This document shows positions 27,965-40,524 of a DNA stretch of 64,000 bases, piece after piece. The stretch lies in assembly GCA_965644295.1 (NCBI GenBank), contig CBFFRP010000148.1, positions 81,342-145,341 on the forward strand, written 5' to 3'. The stretch is from Paraphysomonas bandaiensis (Eukaryota; Protista; Chrysophyceae). Under the pieces are notes generated by a model. The model saw only the letters and a list, made by a program, of their open reading frames with translations. It had not been told where the DNA came from and made no database searches. The translations under genes were made by a program, and so were the position numbers. Each line of letters begins with the position of its first letter. Position 1 is the stretch's first letter.

Positions 27965-28438
27965 CTACAGATTCATTTGAGAAAAGTTTAGCTGTTGATT
28001 TGTCACTCCTAAAACCTTCGCCACGCGTAGTCGGCGATTTTGAGATCTTTGGCTCTCTTCATTATCACTTTCATCTTCTGTTTCATACTGTGGGTCGTAC
28101 GCTCGCAACAAAGCCAAGCTTTTCATATTGTTCCAGTTATTATGCTGGCCATTAGGAAGTATCTCATTTCCTGCTACAAGCAAGTGTGAAATGGTTGATG
28201 GAATTTCAACTTGTGGATTAGTTCCATCATCCAAAGGCACAACCGTTAGAGCTTGGTCTCTTCCAATCCCAGCATTTGCCATTTTAGCAGTCGTGATACG
28301 ACCCTGAACTTCCACCTTGCTAAGGCGGTCTTCGACGTTGCTAAGGCGGTCTTTGATATTGCTCAACTCTTCCACCACAGGAGTGATCGCTTTATTGAGC
28401 TCCTCTTGTATCAATCTTCTAAACAATTCAGCATCCAT
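27965..28438 (-). CDS. Small coiled-coil protein resembling Mug135/DUF1773; solo copy with 1 LSNVEDR heptad
   Basis: Intact intronless 157-aa ORF: a heptad stalk followed by AKMAN…ALTVVPLDDGTNP…P.T…LALLRAY…RRLRVAKVLG. The family was judged by eye. Confidence 0.7.
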   Translation of the reverse strand: MDAELFRRLIQEELNKAITPVVEELSNIKDRLSNVEDRLSKVEVQGRITTAKMANAGIGRDQALTVVPLDDGTNPQVEIPSTISHLLVAGNEILPNGQHNNWNNMKSLALLRAYDPQYETEDESDNEESQRSQNRRLRVAKVLGVTNQQLNFSQMNL

Positions 28439-28839
28439 CCTGTATAATCATCTAATAGAATGACATGATGGTTCATTCATTCTTATTCGGTTGCTTAACT
28501 TCTCAGTCAGTTGAGGAGTTCGTTGGCTCCAACGGTTTATTTTTCAGTCCTACAAACTCGAAGGACGCTGTGGAGCTTCCTACATACAGCAGTACGTATG
28601 ATATAGCAGGGTTTTGTCCATGGGTATACTGTACTCAGGCAAAAAAGCCGAATTTTTCTTGTTGTATATGATTTTTCTTTGCATGAAAACGAATATTTGT
28701 GTAAAATGTCTTGTTTTACGGAACTAAAAACTGAGGGGATTGTGTTGCCCCATCAATTTTTTTTGAATTTTACATACAATTTCTTTATGTTCTGCGAATC
28801 TCCGCATATGATATCTTCCATACATTACATACAGAGAAG

Positions 28840-29235
28840 TACATACCTACAGCATACGATACATTCCATATGATACATACACACATATAAGATCCATCTG
28901 CACAGTGGTGTCTATGTACAGTGTATCCATAGTATAGCAATACACGTACATATATACATAGTCCCATATAGATACATACATACATAACCAGCACACTCCA
29001 CATAAATCCATATTACACTCATACTGTAAAGAACACACTCAATACACACGAGATCACAGTTCTCATCCTCTATCATAAGACAGTGCTGGTGTCTGTCTAC
29101 TGTAAACCCCATATATATACTGCATACACACACATACATACACATACACACACAGTAACACACACACACACACACACACATACATAACTACCATATCATA
29201 TCAATCATATATATGTACCTCACATATTCCTACAC
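28840..29235. repeat. CA/TACA-rich low-complexity tract including (CA)n
   Basis: Seen directly, between divergently oriented genes. Confidence 0.8.
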
Positions 29236-29253
29236 TTAATACCATACATTATC

Positions 29254-30472
29254 ATGGGTTGCTCATCAAGTCACATCATATGGTTAGACGGAAGGTTCAC
29301 TATACAGAGCTGTCATACAACACATGAGTCAGGTCCTGCACAGCATCTCTTAACCCCTAATTGTACTTCATTCTCTAATTTTAATACTATATTTGGTGCA
29401 CCATGGTGGATAACATTCTCATTTGAAGGAAGAGTTAGTCTGATATATGGGATTGAGATTGCATCACATGATGCAGAGTGTAGCCCTATAAATATAGAGC
29501 TAGGTGTATCTCAGGATTTACATAAATGGGCGGTTGTTGCATCTATGCGTCCTATTCATCCTTGGGGTACCTGTTGGCCGGAATCAGATCACAGATCTAC
29601 TCAACATGCAATACAACGATGGAGATTTACCTCCCCTATATGTGGTAAGTTCCTTCGTGTCAAAGTTATTCAGACCTGCAATGGGAAGGGTCCAAGTCTA
29701 CATTACGTGCGATTTGCAGGATCATGTCTACCTGATACTTGTCCCTCTGTTATTACACCAAAGCAGATCGGTAATTGGAAGTACATGTTATATATTTGAA
29801 TATTGACTGTCGTATACTACAGTATTCAAGTCAGCCCCCCCCGCTTCACAAGAGGGTTGGATTGATACACCTGTGCAGATTTACCGTGCTCCTGAGGTAG
29901 AGAAGGGATATCCCCCGTTGAAGAATCTTTTGGACGGGTCAACTACCTCATACTTTAACTTCTCCGCTCAGAAAGAAGGCTCACCCTGGTGGGTTATTTT
30001 CTCTGTGAAGGAACTAGTATACGAGCTTTGTGGTGTTGAGATTGCATCCTATATGGACTGCAATAGCCCCAGACTGATCCAGGTGGAGGTTTCATGCGAT
30101 TTGTCAAGGTGGGAGCTGGTACGCATGTTAGGTACAGAGGAACCATGGGGGTCAGGGCAACTTCAAAATCCTGAGAAAGGCCGGACAAGCATGCAGGGAC
30201 ATCCAAGCACCGGGGAGCAGGGGGTAGTAAGAGGGCCTGGGAAGTCTGTGTATTGCTGGAGTCTGGACTCTGCGAACTCCATTAGATATCCGCAATATGT
30301 TCTTGTGAGTATTCCCCAGACGTATAGTGGTGCAGCACCTTCACTGCACTACATCAAATTCTTCCACAGCACTGCTAGGCCAAGAGCACGTACTGACGAT
30401 GATGTGGCGTCATCTCTCCACTCTATTGACTTCAGAAGACCTAGCCTTCTGCCAAGACGCGGGAGTATTTAG
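29254..30472 (+). CDS. Two-exon protein with tandem galactose-binding-like (discoidin/F5-8C/APC10-like) domains and an MGCSSS N-terminus
   Basis: The intron at ~29771-29822 joins both ORFs in frame. The module is internally duplicated: PWWITFS…GIEIAS…SPINIELGVSQDL…PSLHYVRF versus PWWVIFS…GVEIAS…SPRLIQVEVSCDL…PSLHYIKF. Confidence 0.7.
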
Positions 30473-30927
30473 ATCGTTTATAGTATGCGCTGCCTTAAGT
30501 GCAGAATCTAGCGTACACTTCAATACGAAATGATCATATAAGTCGTGTGCAAGAGATATTTCTGTCAATTAGATGTCGTTGGTATGTTCGTGTAGCGGTG
30601 GGTTGGGTTGACGCTATTTTGAAGGGATTATGATTCGCGTGGATTACGTGTCTTTGCGATTTTACGTTCTGACGTTTTATGAACTGTTAGTGTTTCTTGA
30701 CTACGTATACTATAATGTCGCTGGTATACACGATATCACACGAATAAGTATGTATTAGAAAGTATAGTACAGTACGAAAAAAGAACTAATTGGAACGCTG
30801 TGCTAAGAGTTACACTTTACCCATGCAGACTGTAGTTGTATTTTTCATAGCTCTTGTTTACTGCTGTAAACAGGAATCACAATTTTCTTCTTACATGCAA
30901 TACACCATGTAGCATATAGATATGTAT

Positions 30928-32140
30928 CAGGGCTGCGTAACAATTATGATTGAATTGCCGTTACTGTGAAAATATATATGTGCGGTAGTTGTGTAGTTGC
31001 CAGCCAGCTGTTCCATAGATAGCAGGGCTGCGTAACAATTAATTGCAAATGTTTTTTTGCAATTAAATTGCAATTATTCGTTATAGCTCGCGCAATTATA
31101 ATTGCACTTAATTGCAATTTAATTGTGGCAATTATTGTCTAATCAACTTAGTTACTCACTGCAAACTGCAAACACGTGTAGCATCTTCAACCATATGATG
31201 CTATAATTGACGGAGTATGATATTGGCATGGTCAAAACTCTAAATATCCAGGTTTTCGTCTGCAAAAACAGGAAAAAGCCCTGATAATCCATGTCCATAC
31301 CGCTGCACGTCCAGTTCGTAGTGAACTTCAACCCTGCAGTGTCCTGTAAGGCATCCAGGATCGGAAGAACATAATTGCCAATATATCTTCAACTAGAGGG
31401 GTATTGAGCATTACGTATACACTATGGATCGAGCTGAACTAAGTTTTGTAGCTCAAAATCAAGAGGAAAGACACACAATCGACCGTTCAAAAAAACAGTA
31501 CCTTTCTTCATGTAAAGAAAACGTAATAATGAGAGGCCAACCTTCCTACTATTGTAATAGCCATTAAGGGCAATAAATGGCCATCGTCCTTAATATTTTG
31601 CAACTTATAATTCTTCCATCATGGAAGACCGCAGTCCTGGTCCCTTTTATCAGTCATTGCATGCTCTAACTTGTTCAGATGCACAGGATGAAATGATTCA
31701 AATTGTTACTAATATATGCCGCAAGAGAATGGATATTTTAAACGAGCAGCATGTGGCAGCTAGAAACAGCCAAACTGGAAAATTCACGGAATCATGACCA
31801 GCTCACTGAAATCAATTCATTTCCGTCGGCTGATTTAACACTTTTTCCTGCATCGTTTGTTTCTACTTAGTAATATTTTTTACCATCTCTTCCTTAGTAA
31901 TTTCTTAGTTTGTTCCATTTTTTACATTAACTAGCATTCGATACTTAGTAATACTTACTTCTATTCACACTTAGTAACACATTCATTACTTCTGCGTCAA
32001 TTGAAATTTATAAAGTCATAATCTAACAGTAGTATACTTCATACTTTATAAATCAGGGCTAGGGAATAATATATATTACGTTGTCGTAATGGGTAGTTGC
32101 AATGTTGCAATGCTAATTTGGGAAGCTAGTTTGCAATTAT
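30928..32140 (+). mobile_element. Degenerate DNA transposon (hAT-like) remnant
   Basis: CAGGGCTGCGTAACAATTA occurs twice (30928, 31023), followed by a dense GCAATTA/TAATTGC subterminal cluster. There is no intact ORF and I found no matching right end. Confidence 0.45.
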
Positions 32141-32506
32141 TCTCTTGCCTTCTCATAAACTTAACGCTTGCTTATACGATACGATTGTTGAATAATTAGA
32201 TACTGCTCTGTACCAAGGAAACTGTTGTCCATATACATATTTGACTTCCTAATGTCAACTATTTGAACAGCACAAAATAAAACACTTGTAATTTTTAATT
32301 TAATCACCGCATTACCATAAAAAAATCTCAATTAATCCTGTGGTCAGTTTTGCCCACGTACTGCTAATAGTACTTCACGACAGCTTGCTAAGCACCAAAC
32401 CAATAAGATGGGATATCCCATGACAACGAAACCAATAGGAAAAGTGTTGTGCGACAACAGTAAAGCGTCATAATAATGAAGGCATAAAAATAAATATAGA
32501 ACAGTT

Positions 32507-34845
32507 TCAAAAAAGACCATTTTCTTTCCGCTTTGCTATTTGCTTCCATTTAGGCCATTTCTACATCAAGTAAATATTAGAAAACATTGCAAGCTGAATA
32601 CGCAGAGACCACCTTAAATTCATCCTTTGAACACCCGAAAGTATTAACAAAGTCCTCGTCCAACAGAGCACTCTCTTTACAGGTGACGTCTATACCATGT
32701 CGCTCAAGGAGTGATGCACTTCGTTCTCTTACCAATTCTTGTAACTCAACTAACGAAAAAAGCGACGTGTTCGGTAAATCCGGGCAAAGAGGGTTAGATT
32801 TCTCTGCAGAGAGGGCAGGTGCTGATTTTTGGGGAACAGGCGCATGGGGTGGGGTAGTTGCGGGCGATTCATCTTCGCCGCAAAGAGGAGTCGATTCCTC
32901 ATTGTCACTGTGATCCGATTCATCCCCGGCGTACAACTGGCCTGCCTCCATACTACTGGCCCTAGGCTGTAGTTGTTCAGGAGACTCAAGCGACATATCT
33001 GGACGGGCAGGCAGCGGCTCCGACGGTTTCTTTGTCGGGGGTACGAAATTCGTTGGGGCACTAGATAACCTGTTGTATGCAGGGTTCGGAAAGAATTCGC
33101 CACCTGTGGAAGGGCTTTCCGGCTTCAAAATAGGACTAGTGCTACTGGTATAAGCCTTGTTGTACATACCGTCAAAGGAGATTTCTGCTGTGGCACGTGG
33201 TTGACGGACAGTCGACTTCCCAGCGGAGAGCATTTTTCGGTTGCATGTGTCGCATACACGCTGAGGTTTTACGGCATCAACGTGGGGCAAAAGAACTTTG
33301 CTTCTGGAACACCCATCACACACAACAACACCACAGCTACGGCAGTGATGCTTTCGATTGAAAAGAGTGAAGGATGTGTTGCATACCTCACAGCAACTGT
33401 TCCACAGAAAAAAGTCAGATGTACAATAAATTCAATACGATAAATGTACATCAACATTCACAATTACAATCACATACCTTGCGGCCTTATCTGGGTTCCA
33501 GACAGGTGCTACCACGATTTCCTCCGCAGTGTCTTCCCCTGCCCGCACCGCCTCTTCGAGCATAGCCTGTCGCAGCCTAGACACTTCTTGAACCCAAGAA
33601 TCACGTTCAGAAGAATTCCTGTATAAAATCAATCCACATGATTATAGTATACATTAACACTTACGTAAACCAGACATAAAAAGATTTTGCTGGGCTTTCG
33701 ATTCTCATGGCAAACTCTCCATTCTCGTCGACAGCAGTTACTCGCAGCTGTGTGAGCAATATGTCTCTGCTAGGCCGGTATGTGCCCAGGCCCGTGGACT
33801 CGCCATACAGAAGTTTGTCGCTAAACACCCAAAACCTGAACTCTTTCCTACCACGACGGCATTGTTTCATGAGGTCCCCTTGTCTCACAAACATGCGACT
33901 AGGTTTATCCAGTAGGTTCACAGAGTAACGAGAATCAAGCTGAATCATAACCTGGGGTACATCATCAGATAAATTAACGTAAAATAGAGACTTCTACCTG
34001 GTAGACCTTGTCCATTCCCTCTTGTTGTCGAATTGCCTCATTGTTCTTCGCCGCAACGTCCCGTACCTGAAGACATTCAAATACTAGTCCATCAGCCCAT
34101 GTATGCCAATACAAAATCATATAGTACAATCACCTCTAATACTCAACATCACACACTACTAGTAAAACTAAAACGTAGAGGAACTGCGAATACATGGATA
34201 GATGGGACAGATTATACATACATTTTCCAAAGCCTCCACTATATCTTGGTGGTCCTCGTTGGTCTCCGGTGTATACTTGAGAAGTTCTTCCAGTAGAAGT
34301 CTGTATCGTGGCACTCTCTGAACGGGTTCAATTAGAAGACTATCCAGAGTTAACCCCTTGCATCGCGGGTCAGAACGGGCCTTCTCGAGGAAATCAGCAA
34401 ATTTCTTATTCGATGTAAGAAGCTTTGCACGACGTACAATAGCTCCTTCAAAACATGCCAAATATTGTTTATACATCTTCAAAAAATAACTGAAGTCTTT
34501 AAACACTTTCCCTACACGTATAGAGTTAACTCCATTACCCTCTGCTTCATTTAATTCAGATAATAGTTTCTTATGCATATCTCTGATCATTTCTAATTGA
34601 CCAAATTGTCCATCATATTCTGTATTCGATAAAATTCCTTTCTCACGGAATGGAATCATAAATACATCAACTGTAGTTTGTAGTCTATTAAAATAAGTGG
34701 TTTCACTGCTTATAATTTCTTTAATAACTAATACACGCTTCTTTTCACGTTTCTCATCTTTTGTGATAGAAGATTCATCAGGAGGGGATGGAGAGATAGT
34801 GGGAGAGGTGGGAGGGGATGAGGGTTGATTGGAGAGGTCTTCCAT
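32507..34845 (-). CDS. FGD/frabin-like RhoGEF: DH-PH-FYVE plus a C-terminal villin headpiece
   Basis: DH (EIISSETTY, LLIEPVQRVPRYRLLLEELLKYT), PH (FVRQGDLMK…FWVFSDKLLYG), FYVE (PVWNPD…RKHHCRSCGVVVCDGCS…RVCDTC) and headpiece (LLDEDFVNTFGCSKDEF…KWKQIAKRKENGLF). Confidence 0.88.
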
Positions 34846-35128
34846 GGTTATAGTTTGATTTAGTATGTGTAGGGAAGATAGTGTAGTGATTAAAGATCAT
34901 CTCAACACACACCTGCATATACAATAGCAGATACCTCCATAGATACACATACCTGCATACATACACGTATGCATCTTAGGTTTCGGGAATAAATTGAAGC
35001 AAAAATACTATATATAACTGCAATACAACTACGACTGGAATACAGACAATTATTGTCTCCATATATTAGGCATCTTTGAACAAAAATACACAAAGGATGC
35101 CGATACGCATACATACATAACACACATG

Positions 35129-35474
35129 CATACATACATACATACATACATACATACATACATACATACATACATACATACATACATACATACATACATA
35201 CATACATACATACATACATACATACATACATACATACATACATACATACATACATACATACATACATACATACATACATACATACATACATACATACATA
35301 CATACATACATACATACATACCTACATACATACATACATACATACATACATACATACATACATACATACATACATACATACATACATACATACATACATA
35401 CATACATACATACATACATACATACATACATACATACATACATACATACATACATACATACATACATACATACA

Positions 35475-35504
<30 letters not shown>
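35129..35504. repeat. (TACA)n microsatellite, about 94 units with one interruption
   Basis: Seen directly. Confidence 0.98.
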
Positions 35505-35505
<1 letters not shown>

Positions 35506-35625
35506 GGTATTCTCCGTCCAGCCCATACACGTATGGATATTTCTGATCTATGTATTAAGGTATGGATATATCATGCATATATCTCACACACACATATAGA
35601 CATCCCTCCCACTGACTTCACACTC

Positions 35626-38600
35626 ATGTATCACTTCACTTTCTTCACTTCTATTTTATATTTTTACTTCATAGTCATCCAAATTACAGCCACTATACAT
35701 ACATCCACATATCCATCTCATCATTTATATAAACCCCATACACACACCTCTCATACATTACTAACATCCCATACAAACACTAATACATACAATCACACTC
35801 ATATCTCACATATAACTTCATCAAAATTAATTGAAACAAAGATTCAATCATTTTCACAATCTATCAGATCATGGAATGATCAATGGCCAATAGGGAACGG
35901 TCGTATAGGCGCTTTAATAGGTGGATCGATATCATCTGAGGTGATCCCTTTATCACTAGAGGGATTCTTTGTACGAAGTAATACAAACACTATGAAACAA
36001 CAAGTTAAACATTCATCATTATATAAAGTGTTTCAACAAGCTCGTATGGATTATTTGAATGGTGAGATTGATTTAAGTACAGATCATATGGCTAAACTTG
36101 TATCACCTGAGCCATTAGGGATGTTTCAGTATATATGTGATCTTACTCTTGTATTCTCACCTGTACCTCTCATGAAAGATGTTCTTATATCATCCAAATC
36201 AAGTTCTAATAAAGGGGTGTCGTCATCTGTTAGTCGTCGTACTGATGCAATCAAATCATTGAATCGAATAGTGACTATGTTACAGTCGGATACTGACAAA
36301 CATTCTTCAAATAGAGTATTGCTATCGAAGGAACAGCGAGGTAGTCGTCGTCAGAAAAAATCAGAAAGTTTACCTAAAGAAAATGCAATGGCATCTTTTA
36401 GAGAAGTGCTAAGTGAGCGTCATGAATTAGATACAATAACAGGAATAGCGCGTGGTGTACATGTGGCTACAACCCCTGTTGTGAACGGACATTCGTCTCA
36501 TAAACACATACACACCAGAGAGTGGTTTGCCAGTAATATTGATGATGTCATGGTGGGGTCTTTTTCCTGCCGTCAGGATCTGGTTGATAGTATTGGTGGA
36601 GATCAAGATGATATGGTGGATTGCTTGCACGCAGGACTCCGACTTAGTCGCGAGATGTCTAGAAGTGCAAAGAAAGGAGCAATTAACTTACCAGAATCTC
36701 AGTGGCGTGCTGTTAGATGGTCTGATCGGAGAGATTATGCTATTCTTTCTACAGCCCATACCCAACGGAGGTTCACTCCACCCTCGAAGGATATCGATAA
36801 CGATGACAGTGTTATTGCGTTGAGCTTATCTCTGGAATCTAGCAGTAAGTATTACCACAGAGGGGCCGAAGTGTGCGGTGCACTTATCTGCACTAACTCC
36901 AAATCAATGCATGGTACGATTGTTATAACATTTATCATGTTACAGCATAATTCGTTTTACGCAGTGGGTTTTGCGTCAATTATCGAGGGTCAGAAGTTCG
37001 CAACGTGCTCTAAAGCTGATCGCATGGTGCTATATTTAGCAGCTGTAGGTGGTGGCTATGCATTTACTGATACTACAAATGAAACACTTACATATGATAC
37101 CAATCATGCGGCCTTAAGATCGGAATGTTGGATGAAGATAGAATCTGCACTTGATTTAGGATATGAAAATGTCAAGCAACGGCATGTTGCTGCATTTTCT
37201 AAAGCAATGACTGAATCTGCAGTGATATTTGGAAAGCCGACGGCGTCCAATGCGTCAGTGTTATGTGGCGATGACACCATTGAGTCTCAAGTTAAGTGTC
37301 TTCGAAGTGCCTCGATAGGGAAACCAAACACGAAATCTCGGGCCGTGGCGAATTTAGTATCATCCGCTTTTTGGTTTGGAAAATACTTGCTTCTGTCTTC
37401 GGCAACAGAGAGTGTTCCGAATCTTCAGGGCTTGTGGTGTGACGGACCAGAAAGCGCTTGGAATGGGGACTACCACTTAAATATAAACATGCAGATGATG
37501 TATTGGCCGTCGAATAGTGTCGGGTTAGGGCGCTATACTCTACCGCCACTGAAGAAATGGTTAACACGCATGACTCACACAGGATCTCGGACCGCTAGAG
37601 AGCTCTATAATTGTCCTGGGTGGGTAGGGCATGGGTTTACGGACGACTTGCTGGACATGGGGATTCGAGGAAGTACCGAGTGGGCCTTGTGTGTAACATG
37701 TGGTACCTGGATGGCGCAGCAATTATGGGAATACTCAACGTATAGCTTTGACGTGAATTTTCTAAACGACACTTTGCTACCTCTCTTTCGATCTTTGGCG
37801 AAGTTTTTTATCAATTATTTATTTAGGGGTCCTGATGGATACATGCATTCTGGTCCAACCACATCTCCAGAAAATTCTTACAGAGGTAATACACGAGGAC
37901 AGGAGGGGAAATATTATCACATTGCACTCAGCCCCGGACTGGACATGTCAATATTGCGCCAGGTATACTTTTATGTTATGCTTTGCACTATGCTATATTG
38001 ATTTTCTTAGGCTGCGAATTCCTTGAAAATGATTACGGATTGGAAGTATAATCGATGGCTAGAACTTGTACCAGCTTCAACAAAAATAAGCGATGTACCA
38101 CCGTCTCTAGTGGCTGACATGGAATTGTGTAAGTTCATTTCCTTGTATACTAACTCCCTTACATCTGTTTTACCTGCAGCGAATTCTTTTTTATCTGTGG
38201 TTCAGGGAATGAAATACTCTGCTAACCCTGCTGTGGCTAATGGAATTATTCTTGAATATCCAATCCGTGAAATAAATTTTCGACTTAATGATTCTTTTCA
38301 AATTGTAGAAGGTTTTGATAAGGGCCACCGCCACTTTTCCAGTCTTCATTGGCTCTATCCTGGAACGTTTTTGCCGGCGACCTATGGATCCGAGAGTACG
38401 GCTTCCTCACTTCTAGAAGCTGCAAGTCGAACATTAAGAGAAAAGGTATCTAGTGGAGGGGGACACACGGGATGGTCCGCTGTATGGGAATCGGCTCTAT
38501 GGTCTCGACTCCGACAACCGGCAGCAGCCTGGTCTGCGCTTAAAAAATATTTACTGAAATATACAAGTTCAAGGCTAATGGGATTACATCCTAATTTGAA

Positions 38601-39384
38601 ACCGTCTTTGGCTAAATGTGGCACTTGCTTTAAAGAAGCACCATCTCGTACTAAGGTTAAAAAGGGGATGGCCACTCCAGACGGATCAGTGGTGAGTAAT
38701 ATAGGCATTTTCAAAGAAAATTAATTTGCTATGGTAGTTTCAGATAGACGGTAGTGTTGGTTTTGTGGCGGCTGTTTGTGAAATGATACTTCAATCACAT
38801 GAACCCGGAATTGTATCTTTTCTTCCTGCTATTCCAGCAGAGTTGTCTAGATATGGTGAGATCTTAATTAATATTTCGTAGAGATTTGTGACATTGAAAT
38901 AGGTAAAGCTCTGGATATTAGGGCTAGAGGTGGCTACTCTGTATCGTTTCAGTGGTCTAAAAATCGCGTTACAGCTGCTGTTCTTGAGATAAAAGAATGG
39001 CACCCTTGGCTATTGGGACAAATAGAAACATCGCCTGGATACTTTCGACCCCCTTCATCTTCCACTAGACCAGACATACCAGATCCTATTCCTCGTTTAT
39101 TGTTGTCCTTTCCTAATAGAATGATTTCTCTTACTGGGCATGCCAATGTAACGGGTTTATCACATGGCAATAAGCCTTGCGCGAGACAAGTTTCGAATAC
39201 AACCGGTAATCAGTTTAGTGATTCAGTAGTTGATTTAAAGCTCGATTCGGTATTGTTTGTTGAAATAGATGTCTTTCCTTGTAATCTGTTTTTGTGCTCT
39301 GATATAATTAGCAGAGAGAAATGTGCCATGCAAATTAAGCACTTAGTACGTAGCTCAAACTTTATTGATTCGTATACAGGGTAA
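35626..39384 (+). CDS. GH95 alpha-1,2-L-fucosidase-like protein (multi-exon, signal peptide)
   Basis: PIGNGRIGA, FGKYLLLSS, PNLQGLW, WNGDYHLNINMQMMYWP, TSPEN, HRHFSSL, HTGWS, FQIDG and EMILQSH. Confidence 0.92.
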
Positions 39385-40524
39385 GCTATATTAAAGAATT
39401 GAAATACTTGTAGTACCTATGTTCGGAGACGACGCGGCAAGAGCTGTTGGGGGCATACTGTTTCTCGCAGGTGGAGGAGCATCTGCAGATGGAGGTTCAT
39501 TTTTTTCTCATTAAAATATCACAAAATTCTGCTAGATCGGATATCATTTGCTAATTCTGAGCTGCTTTCTGCTGCTGAAATTCGACGTCTCCGCCACCAT
39601 CGTTACTAACAGTACTACTAACAGATCCCAGATCTGATAATACTTGTTGGTAGAAGTGGCGATAATATATATATATATATATATATCTAGTGGAAAGCAA
39701 TGAGTATTAATTAACCTGAGTGATTATTGATCACAATTGTACTATTGATATTAGTATGTGTTACTACAAGTCAGTACTAATGTCAAATATTTTTCTTCTT
39801 GTGTTAAAATCGCAGTATAATTAAAATGGTAAACTTAGTGTCACTTCAATAATCAATAATAGTCGCATATAGCCAATCTACTCATTCAGGGGCTGCTGTA
39901 GGTAATGACTATTTATTAGGTAATGGAATCACAATACTATCGGAATCGGCAAATAACGATTAAATACCTGTGGATCTGACGTCACAGAGTGGATGAAACA
40001 ATCACACTAAAGTTATGCGTCCGCTCGGAATTTTTACGCACACATCATTTTTACCCGGTAAAAATTGTAAATAGTAAATAGCAACCATGAAGCTGCGCAG
40101 CATTCACTCACCACATATCTTTCGTGATGTACTCCTCGTGTCCCTCTCCACTAAACTCATCCATTACCTCTGTCACATATGACAGGGTGGTAATATTAAA
40201 AGATAACTTTAAATACATGCTAGCGTTCATTGCATTTCACTTTAGCGCCACTTGTCATACCGCAATAAACGGTCATAACTCAATTACCTTGAAATACAGC
40301 TTTCAATTGCTCGCAAATATGCAAAACTCAACAGAGTTAAATTATTTATGAATAAGTTTTATTTGTTTCACTGCAGTAACGAACATAAATGTCTACAAAA
40401 CACTTCAGTTCAAGTATTCGTAATTCAAATTGCGCAGCAATACGCACGAGATAGTATAAATTTCGACATCAAGTTATGTTGGCGGATTAAAAAAGCACTC
40501 TATACCCTTTTCTCCATCAGTGCC

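Noticed and set aside
27965-28438. Mug135-like gene as an internal extra ORF of the Copia element
   Set aside because: It lies about 725 bp outside the 3' LTR end at 27240.
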